A stretch of DNA of 14,808 nucleotides from an uncultured archaeon (GTDB lineage Archaea > Iainarchaeota > Iainarchaeia > Iainarchaeales > CSSED10-239), in assembly GCA_964463155.1 (NCBI GenBank), contig CAYXAY010000018.1, positions 1 to 14,808 of the forward strand, given 5' to 3'. The notes beneath the pieces were generated by a model. That model was not told the origin of the DNA. It searched no databases and saw nothing but the letters and a program-made list of their open reading frames with translations. Shown here one piece after another: positions 1 through 6,353 of this stretch (its first letter is position 1; every line of letters starts with the position of its first letter). The position numbers were made by a program, and so were the translations under genes.

Positions 1-63
1 TATATTGGAAAAAGAGTTTATGTTATAGTTACAAAATAGTTTTGTCCCAAAGCCTGGTTTATT

Positions 64-1824
64 TTAAAACCTTGGAATCCTCTTTGTGCTTTTTGAAATC
101 AAGAGATACAGTATAAACAAAATAAACAAAACAGCTATAGCAACCATTACATAGTTTGTCTCCTGCTTGTCTGCTTTTTTCATATTATCTACTTTGTCAA
201 ATATCTTGCTTTTTTCTATCTCTTCTTCTGTAAGCTCTTTTTCATGGTTTTCATCAAACACCGGTAGATTTTCTATGGTTGGTAATATTGCTATGTTTTT
301 AGAAGCACTAAAGTCTCCAGATATTGAATAATTAAAACTTGTGTCTTCCAATTGAGTGAATGTTCTTGTATATGTTACGGTACTGTATTTAGGTATATTT
401 TGTGAATCAGAATAGTTTGTGCCATTATAATCAAAATTATAGTTAATCGTTTTGTCTATCTTTGTGTAATTAAATGCCTTGTTTTCAAATATCAATTGGT
501 TGTCTTTAAAATAAATTACTGGGTCATAAGAGAAAAACAATTCTTGATATATTCCTTTGTTGTGATGTATGTTTACTTTTTCCATTTTATCTCCAAATTG
601 TGAGGAAAAGCCAAATTCATAAATATAAGAGTTGTTTAAATCAGGTAATTTAAAATAATAATCAATTGTTTTTTCTTCAAATGGCTTAAGATAGTAAACT
701 GTCTTTTTTGTTTTTGGATATATTTGTAAAAAATCAGTAGCCAATTGGCTAGTTACTAAAATTGTTATTGGATTAGAATAATTGTTCTTTAGTTTTAGTT
801 TAACAATGTGTGGACTTCCTTGCAACGCATCTTTTGCAAAATCTAATGACATGTTAATAACATTTTCATAACCTTGCTCACTAAACATCTTTGCTTCTGT
901 TCTTACAATCCTTTGTTTCTTTTCTCCAAACACTACAGTTACTTTCTCTGTTGATGTCACGCTTTCTTTTGATTCAACTGGGTCTTTTAGTTTTTCTAAA
1001 GATATGTGTGTTGCATCAACTAAACCAACTTCGTTGTATGTAGGATCCACCGGTATCCAATCTTGCCCTGGAACATAAACCTCTAACCACGCGTGTGCCC
1101 CCCATTCTTGGCCGGTGTTTGCATAGCCTACAACATATCTTACTGGATAACCTTGCGCTCTTAGTATTGCTGCTTCAAGTATTGAGAATTCGTCACAAAC
1201 TCCTTTTTTTTCAGCAAGAACTGTTAAGGCATTATTGACAACAGAAACATATTCCAAGTCATATTCTAGATAACCGTGCACCCAATTTGTGACATTAACT
1301 AGGTTTTCTAAAGGGTCGTCACTTGATTTAAGAAAATTTGCTAATGTTCTTATTTCGCTTGTGTCTGATTTTATGAATTTTGTTTCTTTTGTGTAATCTT
1401 TTAATTTTTCTGAAATGTCTGCTAAATTTCCTGTGTTGTTTGTTATGTTTGTCTTGTTTTCAGAAATCACGTTTCCTGAAATAAAAAAAACATATTCGCT
1501 TCTTTCTATTGGTTTAATATTAAATGTCGCATAGCTGTTTCCATTCTCTTGTTTTGTGTTTGCAAAGATCTTGTTGCCGTTGTTATCATAATAATATGCT
1601 TCAAAGTTCGCCTGTTGGTTTGTTGAATCATAAAACACCGGGATTTTATAAATAATCTCGTCTTTGTTTGTGTAGTTTGAAAAATAGATTGTTGATTCTA
1701 TATTAATATTAACAGAAATTGATTTTGTTTTCATTGCTGAAAAGCCAAGAGCTGAGTTATTGTCTTCTGCATGGATTGTTGACAACAATACAAACATCAA
1801 TAACAAGATTGGTAGTTTCTTCAC
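64..1824 (-). CDS. Transglutaminase-like (Cys-His-Asp papain-fold) surface protein with N-terminal signal peptide and C-terminal membrane anchor
   Basis: 586-aa ORF. The N-terminus MKKLPILLLMFVLLSTIHA looks like a signal peptide. The core GVCDEFSILEAAILRAQGYPVRYVVGY...GAHAWLEVYV...WIPVDPT matches the transglutaminase-core Cys/His/Asp pattern. The C-terminus has a hydrophobic helix (YVMVAIAVLFILFILYLLI) followed by a basic tail (KSTKRIPRF). Many N-x-S/T sequons. Confidence 0.75.
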   Translation of the reverse strand: MKKLPILLLMFVLLSTIHAEDNNSALGFSAMKTKSISVNINIESTIYFSNYTNKDEIIYKIPVFYDSTNQQANFEAYYYDNNGNKIFANTKQENGNSYATFNIKPIERSEYVFFISGNVISENKTNITNNTGNLADISEKLKDYTKETKFIKSDTSEIRTLANFLKSSDDPLENLVNVTNWVHGYLEYDLEYVSVVNNALTVLAEKKGVCDEFSILEAAILRAQGYPVRYVVGYANTGQEWGAHAWLEVYVPGQDWIPVDPTYNEVGLVDATHISLEKLKDPVESKESVTSTEKVTVVFGEKKQRIVRTEAKMFSEQGYENVINMSLDFAKDALQGSPHIVKLKLKNNYSNPITILVTSQLATDFLQIYPKTKKTVYYLKPFEEKTIDYYFKLPDLNNSYIYEFGFSSQFGDKMEKVNIHHNKGIYQELFFSYDPVIYFKDNQLIFENKAFNYTKIDKTINYNFDYNGTNYSDSQNIPKYSTVTYTRTFTQLEDTSFNYSISGDFSASKNIAILPTIENLPVFDENHEKELTEEEIEKSKIFDKVDNMKKADKQETNYVMVAIAVLFILFILYLLISKSTKRIPRF

Positions 1825-1927
1825 GGTTTTTGCTCTCTTATTTTTTAATAAAATAAAAGAAACAACAATTTATAATGGTTATTATATCTAAATCAAATTA
1901 GTGATAAATATATTTAAATTAAATAAA

Positions 1928-2551
1928 ATGGAAATGCTTATTGTTTTACTTGTAGTTGTATATGCAATTACTGCGTTTCTTCTTTATCCATTAATGCCAT
2001 CAACGATAGCAACACATTGGAATGCTTTCGGGGTTGCTAATGGTTTTTCCCCATGGCCTTGGGAGATTTGATTCTTCCGATATTCTTTGTAATACTTGTT
2101 GTAATCCATTCCTTGTTTACTAGAAGCGATTTTTTCAAGAACATTAATCTTAGAAGGCAACTTGACATAACGATTGTTCTTACAATCTTGTTTTTGTTTT
2201 ATATTTCTATTCTGTCTTTGGTTTATAATTCCGGAAAGATATTTAATGTGAGTTATTTTATTATCCCAGCAACGGCAGCATTATTTATTGCTCTTGGAGT
2301 CATTCTAAGAAACATTAAGGAAAGAAATCTTTTCTTTGGGATTAGAACGCCATGACTATTGTTGATGATGTGTGGGTAAAGATACATGGGCTTGGTGGCT
2401 GGTTGTTTATAGTTTTAGAAATAATAACACTTACAGCAATATTTTATCTTAAATATTTTGTGACTATTTTTTTATAGCAATCGTTGTAATACTTTTGATA
2501 ACAATGATTTATTCATCTGTCATTTACAAGAAAAAGCATAATAGAAAGTAG
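1928..2551 (+). pseudogene. SdpI/DUF1648-family membrane protein gene broken by three frameshifts
   Basis: Four consecutive pieces in different frames together rebuild one family-typical protein. Piece 1 is 1928-2071 (MEMLIVLLVVVYAITAFLLYPLMPSTIATHWNAFGVANGFS...). Piece 2 is 2041/2053-2355 (...ALGDLILPIFFV...NLFFGIRTP). Piece 3 is 2352-2477 (TIVDDVWVKIHGLGGWLF...). Piece 4 is 2477-2551 (AIVVILLITMIYSSVIYKKKHNRK). HWN..G and GIRTPW-T..S/D.VW.K.H..GG are the motifs I recall for DUF1648/SdpI. The shifts lie at T5C4 (2044-2052), at tg-a where tgg is expected (2353-2355) and at a T7 run (2467-2473). Confidence 0.6.
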
Positions 2552-2612
2552 TAATTGTTTTTCTTTTGGGACTTTGCCCGCTTTTCTTTTTTGAAAAGAA
2601 AGGTGGTTTAAA

Positions 2613-2694
2613 TGCAGGAAACAGGATTCGAACCTGCGAAGCACTAAGCACACGGTTCTTAGCCGTGCCCCTTTGACCGCTCGGGAATTCCTGC
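2613..2694 (-). tRNA. tRNA-Leu, class II with long variable arm, anticodon read as AAG
   Basis: The reverse complement folds as GCAGGAA-TT-CCCG..GGG-CACGG-CTAAGAA-CCGTG-(13-nt variable arm)-GCAGG-TTCGAAT-CCTGT-TTCCTGC-A. It has a 7-bp acceptor stem and a canonical T-loop. The 7-nt anticodon loop is C-U-AAG-A-A. No CCA is encoded. Confidence 0.85.
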
Positions 2695-2762
2695 AATAAT
2701 CGGTTTCGCGCGATTCGTGCGCAATAGTTCCCGCAGTTATCTGCGGGTGGTTGCGGTCATGC
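2695..2762 (-). ncRNA. Candidate structured leader RNA (copy E1) abutting the 5' end of tRNA-Leu
   Basis: Minus-strand sequence: GCAUGAC-CGCAA-CCA-CCCGCAG-AUAA-CUGCGGG-AACUA-UUGCG-CACG-AAUCG-CGCGAAAC-CGAUU-AUU, then the tRNA. The architecture and conserved loops match 13100-13166. It is a GC-rich island in AT-rich DNA. Confidence 0.5.
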
Positions 2763-2795
2763 TAAACAAATCGCATAAGCGATTCTTGGCATTCT

Positions 2796-2813
2796 AAAAA
2801 CCAATTGGTTTTT
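2796..2813. repeat. Perfect 18-nt palindrome aaaaaccaattggttttt within the tRNA-Val/tRNA-Leu spacer
   Basis: The sequence is its own reverse complement. On either strand it gives a 9-bp hairpin ending in a T5 run, so it resembles a bidirectional terminator. Confidence 0.85.
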
Positions 2814-2880
2814 ATGAGCTCGCGCCCAGCTAGAACTTTGATGGCACTAACTGGTTTCACGTACTATCCTACAACCAAAC

Positions 2881-2895
2881 AAAAAAATAAATAAA
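2881..2895 (-). terminator. Oligo-T tract directly after tRNA-Val (archaeal-type terminator)
   Basis: The minus strand reads TTTATTTATTTTTTT immediately 3' of the tRNA-Val discriminator base. Confidence 0.5.
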
Positions 2896-2968
2896 TGGAT
2901 CTGGGCGGATTCGAACCGCCGGCCCCCACCTTGTAAGGGTGATATCATAACCGCTAGACCACAGATCC
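2896..2968 (-). tRNA. tRNA-Val (anticodon UAC)
   Basis: The reverse complement is GGATCTG-TG-GTCT-AGCGGTTA-TGAT-A-TCACC-CTTACAA-GGTGG-GGGCC-GGCGG-TTCGAAT-CCGCC-CAGATCC-A, a 73-nt cloverleaf. No CCA is encoded. Confidence 0.9.
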
Positions 2969-2984
2969 ATTCTAAAAAATTAGA

Positions 2985-2998
2985 AACTATATATAATA
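2985..2998 (-). promoter_or_regulatory. TATA-box-like promoter for tRNA-Val
   Basis: The minus strand reads TTATATATAG centred about 23-27 nt upstream of the tRNA 5' end, which is typical archaeal TATA spacing. Confidence 0.45.
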
Positions 2999-3072
2999 CT
3001 AAAATGAAAATATATATAAATATATAACACCAATAATATAATATTATACTTACAAAAAAAAAGGGGGAAATT

Positions 3073-3453
3073 ATGAGTAAATTAAATGTCTATAAAACAA
3101 TCGCGACATTCATTATCACTCTGTCTATTTTATTATTGGTTTTTTCAGTAGTAGATCTTTTTAATAAAGTAGATTATATATCAGAGTATAAGCTTTGTAC
3201 TAGTTTATCTAGCATGGACACAATGCTGACATCCTGTAGAACAAATGCTTCAACAGGACTTGGTTTTAAAATCAGAGAAAACCAATTGGATTTATCAATA
3301 AGCCAGTATCTGATGGTTTATCTTGTGTCTTTAATGAAGATATTGTTTTCAATAACTGTTTTGATAATGGGCATTAGCTTTTATACAAAAGCACAACTAA
3401 AACCAACAACAACAGTTTCAAAACCAGTTGTTAAGAAAAAGACGAAAAGATAA
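3073..3453 (+). CDS. Hypothetical small membrane protein (two predicted TM helices, Lys-rich tail)
   Basis: 126-aa ORF preceded by aaGGGGGaaatt-ATG. Hydrophobic segments are IATFIITLSILLLVFSVV and YLMVYLVSLMKILFSITVLIMGISF. The C-terminus is KPVVKKKTKR. I recognise no family. Confidence 0.55.
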   Translation: MSKLNVYKTIATFIITLSILLLVFSVVDLFNKVDYISEYKLCTSLSSMDTMLTSCRTNASTGLGFKIRENQLDLSISQYLMVYLVSLMKILFSITVLIMGISFYTKAQLKPTTTVSKPVVKKKTKR

Positions 3454-3467
3454 TTTTATCTTTTCCA

Positions 3468-5282
3468 TTATTTATTTAGTTCTTGATAAGTTAGAACATG
3501 TATCTGACTGTCTTTTATTCCTGCAGAACCTCTGACCACAAGAATACTTGCGCCTTTCTCTTTTGCTAAACTCTTAATTGTATCGTTTAGCTCTTGATCA
3601 ACAGCGATAGCAAACAGCTTATCTGAAGTAAAGTCTTTTAGTTTATGTTCAAGGTCTGTGGCGCCACAGCTGCTTATCCTTCTAAACTTTTCATTTAAAA
3701 GCCTTGCTTCTTTTTTGTCTTTGATGTCATCAACAATCTTTCCAAGATTTGTCTTTATCTCTTCAGTAATCTTTGGAAGAACTATTTGTTTCTTTTTTGA
3801 TTCTTCTTTTTTTTCTATTCTTTGAACTTCTTGTATTTCTTTATTAACAAAAACATCTGTGGGTTCAATTGTTGTGTTTGGTGCTTCCATTCCTCTTGTG
3901 TGTGGAAGATCAAGCTTTACTTGCAGCCCTTCAGACATTGAGGAAAGGATTTCTTCTTTTAAACTTGGTTGTTCAATAGTTGGTTGTCTTGCAAGGTTTA
4001 ATTTTGACTGAAGGTTTTGTGCTTCTTCATTAACCATGTCAATTATTGATTTTTCTCTTCTTTCAAATCTTGGTTTGTCCTTTAACGGTCTTTGTCTGTT
4101 GAAGTTGTTTCTATCTCTATTATCTCTTCTATTGTCTCTATCTCTTGGGGCTCTATCTCTTGGGGCTCTATCCCTTGAGTTAGAATCCCTACTTAAGTCA
4201 ACTCTCTCAATCTCTGGTATTTCTGAAAGAAGTTGAGCAAATGCATCTCCTGCCGAAGAATGATCGTGTATTGGTTTATGCATCGGGGGGTTATGAGAAA
4301 ACTTGTTTCTGTTTTCAAAAGGTTTTTGCTCAAATGTTTTTACTTCTAAATTTCTTGGAGTTGAAACCTTGTGGTCGTTTGTTGTTGAGAACTTTGTGGC
4401 TTTAACAATTCCTGGTTGCTTTGTAAGATTTGAATTGAATTGTGGTTGTGATTGTTGGCCACTTGAAACATAGTTTGATTTTATTCTTCTTCTTAGAGCT
4501 TGGTTGATTTCTTTTTGTGTTAGTTCTTCAACTTCTTTACCATCTGGGGCTCTTGCAATATAGTCTACTTTAATTGCTTTTAACAATTGCTGTTGTTGTA
4601 TGTTTCCTCCGTGGTCCCCATCCAAAAAGATTGTTACAGACTTGTGTTTAGATATTTCTTCAAGAGTTCTTGGTATTCTTGCACCACCAGTTGCAATAAC
4701 ATTTGTAAAACCATATCTTAGAAGAGTTAAAACATCTGCTCTCCCTTCAACAACAATTAATTCTTTACTTGAATCAACTGTTGGACCTGCAGCTAGTTTT
4801 TCTAGACCATAAGAAATTATGTCTTTTGTCTTAAAAGTATCCATTATTTCTTCCATTAATTCTTTGGTGTCAGGGATTTCTTCTTGCATTAGTCTTCCAA
4901 GAAGTTCAATTGCTCTTTCTTTAATTTGTTGTCGCTTTAATCCTCTTGTATCTTCTATTTGTTTAATCTTAAAAAACGCATCACAAGGTCCTACTTTTTC
5001 TATAGTTTCAATTGATGCTGCAATTATTGCGGTTTCAACCATAGAAACACTACATGGAAGTTTTAAAACTCCTCTTACTTTATTTTGTGTTTGGTTGTGT
5101 TCTATTTCTATTCTTCCAATCTTTCCGTTTTGTTGAAGTTCCTTGATATCAAGATTTACTCCTAAAAGGCCTTCAGACTGTCCAAAAATAGCACCAATAA
5201 TGTCTGGTCTCTCGACAAGACCGTTTACTTCAAAATCAGCAACAATCATGTACTTGATTGTTTCTATATATGTTTTTCCCAT
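3468..5282 (-). CDS. dnaG: Archaeal DnaG-type primase/exosome subunit (TOPRIM) with an expanded low-complexity linker
   Basis: The N-terminus KYMIVADFEVNGLVERPDIIGAIFGQSEGLLG is the archaeal DnaG signature. TOPRIM motifs are LIVVEGRADV and FLDGDHGG. The conserved C-terminal module (...ILVVRGSAGIK...LTYQEL) is present. AAGGAGTGA lies about 14 nt upstream of the ATG. At 604 aa it is longer than the ~400-470 aa I recall as usual for this family. Confidence 0.9.
   Translation of the reverse strand: MGKTYIETIKYMIVADFEVNGLVERPDIIGAIFGQSEGLLGVNLDIKELQQNGKIGRIEIEHNQTQNKVRGVLKLPCSVSMVETAIIAASIETIEKVGPCDAFFKIKQIEDTRGLKRQQIKERAIELLGRLMQEEIPDTKELMEEIMDTFKTKDIISYGLEKLAAGPTVDSSKELIVVEGRADVLTLLRYGFTNVIATGGARIPRTLEEISKHKSVTIFLDGDHGGNIQQQQLLKAIKVDYIARAPDGKEVEELTQKEINQALRRRIKSNYVSSGQQSQPQFNSNLTKQPGIVKATKFSTTNDHKVSTPRNLEVKTFEQKPFENRNKFSHNPPMHKPIHDHSSAGDAFAQLLSEIPEIERVDLSRDSNSRDRAPRDRAPRDRDNRRDNRDRNNFNRQRPLKDKPRFERREKSIIDMVNEEAQNLQSKLNLARQPTIEQPSLKEEILSSMSEGLQVKLDLPHTRGMEAPNTTIEPTDVFVNKEIQEVQRIEKKEESKKKQIVLPKITEEIKTNLGKIVDDIKDKKEARLLNEKFRRISSCGATDLEHKLKDFTSDKLFAIAVDQELNDTIKSLAKEKGASILVVRGSAGIKDSQIHVLTYQELNK
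4136..4177. repeat. 15-bp tandem repeat (about 2.8 copies) inside dnaG
   Basis: ctctatctcttgggg occurs at 4136-4150 and 4151-4165, with a partial ctctatcccttg at 4166-4177. On the coding strand this encodes RDRAPRDRAPRDR. Confidence 0.9.
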
Positions 5283-5357
5283 TGTTAAATGTCACTCCTT
5301 TTTATTTATGACATTCAAAAATAGATTTATTAAAACCTTTTAATAAAGAAGACAAGT

Positions 5358-5558
5358 TTAAAGGAATTTAATCAATTTATTATTTGATCTTTCGCCTTTT
5401 ATTATTTTAATATTATACTCTAAATCTTTAAATATTTCAACTATTTGTTTATTTGCTTTCCCTGCTATAGGTAAGGCCTTAATTTTTAACTTATAGCTTT
5501 TGTCATCAAGCTTTTGTAACTCTGTTTCCTTTGCATTACAAATAACATGCAAAGTCAC
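5358..5558 (-). CDS. DUF167/YggU-like small protein
   Basis: 66-aa ORF. LKIKALPIAGKANKQIVEIFKDL....IKIIKGERSNNKLI resembles the DUF167 core (V.A.P..GKAN..L...L......V.I..G..S..K.V). It is shorter than typical family members. Confidence 0.55.
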   Translation of the reverse strand: MTLHVICNAKETELQKLDDKSYKLKIKALPIAGKANKQIVEIFKDLEYNIKIIKGERSNNKLIKFL

Positions 5559-5716
5559 TATTTATTCTTTTTGAAACATTTTCGTCTTTAAACTTAAAAT
5601 CTTTAATAAAAAATTTAATCTATTGTTTGAATAATAATTTTAATTTAATATATATATTAATAGACAAAAACATATATAAATAAGTCCTTTCTTATATATA
5701 CTATACTAATTTTAAT

Positions 5717-6130
5717 ATGGAAATCATCATGAAAAACAAACAAAAAGGCTCAAATGCTGAAAGAGAATTACTTTTTGCTCTTTTTAATAAAGGATTTGTA
5801 GTATCTAGAGTGGCCGGGTCTGGTTCTTCACAACTTCCAACGCCTGACATCCTCGGTTTTAGAGCTGGAAAGGCATTAGCCATTGAATGTAAGACAAAAA
5901 AAGGGGAATATTTAAACATCAGAGAAAAACAAGTTGAAGAACTTATACTTTGGGAGAAACTTAGTGGGTTAAAGGCTTATGTTGCTTGGAGACTTGGGAA
6001 AGACCATTGGTGCTTTATTGGGCTTTCTGGGCTTAAAAAAACAAAAAAAGCATATTCTATTAAAAAAGAAGAAATTCAAAAAAAGGGATTACCTTTTGAT
6101 AAATTTATTGCAGAATTTGAACGCAAATAA
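5717..6130 (+). CDS. hjc: Holliday junction resolvase Hjc
   Basis: KGSNAERELLFALFNKGFVVSRVAGSG....PDILGFRAGKALAIECKTKK matches the archaeal Hjc nuclease motifs (E...SG..PD...E.K). A TATA-like ttatatatac lies about 20 nt upstream. The start could instead be Met at 5729. Confidence 0.85.
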   Translation: MEIIMKNKQKGSNAERELLFALFNKGFVVSRVAGSGSSQLPTPDILGFRAGKALAIECKTKKGEYLNIREKQVEELILWEKLSGLKAYVAWRLGKDHWCFIGLSGLKKTKKAYSIKKEEIQKKGLPFDKFIAEFERK

Positions 6131-6197
6131 TAGCTTTAAATACTCTTTCTTTCATAAATATATATTACTAAAATCTAATTAAATAAGTGAAATAAAA

Positions 6198-6341
6198 ATG
6201 GCATACTTAGAAATTGAAGACATAATAAACTCTCTTGACAGAGAAGCAAAAAAAGAAAAAAGTTTAAGGAATAAATGCCTTTATGAAACTGCAATAAAAG
6301 CATTAAACGAATTAAAAGAAAGAAAAATAAATAATAAATAA
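6198..6341 (+). CDS. Possible 47-aa charged helical small protein (unannotated in the ORF track)
   Basis: ATG at 6198 to TAA at 6339-6341 gives MAYLEIEDIINSLDREAKKEKSLRNKCLYETAIKALNELKERKINNK. It fills an otherwise empty gap, but its Lys/Glu-rich composition is what AT-rich DNA yields by chance. Confidence 0.25.
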   Translation: MAYLEIEDIINSLDREAKKEKSLRNKCLYETAIKALNELKERKINNK

Positions 6342-6353
6342 TTATTATTTATT

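Noticed and set aside
2695-2762. tRNA-leader elements as a hammerhead or other known self-cleaving ribozyme, a C/D-box or H/ACA sRNA, a K-turn, or a BHB splicing motif
   Set aside because: CGAAAC in the basal loop recalls the hammerhead core. However, there is no CUGAUGA box and the GAAA sits in a hairpin loop, not between stems II and III. There is no RUGAUGA/CUGA box pair. The pocket is too small for H/ACA. The internal loop is symmetric-opposed rather than two staggered 3-nt bulges, so it is not BHB. Novel catalysis is not excluded, only known motifs.
2695-2880. The spacer as RNase P RNA, SRP RNA or 5S rRNA
   Set aside because: The universal motifs I checked are absent: the RNase P CR-I GGAAAGUCC and CR-V ACAGAA..CCGG pairing, and the 5S loop sequences. 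I also found no convincing SRP RNA features. Only the 3' 65 nt is shared with the second locus.
4036-5343. Four + strand ORFs (4036-4236, 4600-4812, 4819-5136, 5143-5343) from the ORF track
   Set aside because: They lie entirely antisense within, or run off the end of, the well-supported dnaG CDS. Their Leu/Ser/Ile-rich low-complexity translations are typical of antisense frames. They have no RBS and no recognisable motif.
5701-6182. ORFs 5701-5919 (-) and 5979-6182 (+)
   Set aside because: They overlap hjc in antisense or alternate frames. The hjc frame carries clear family motifs and these do not.
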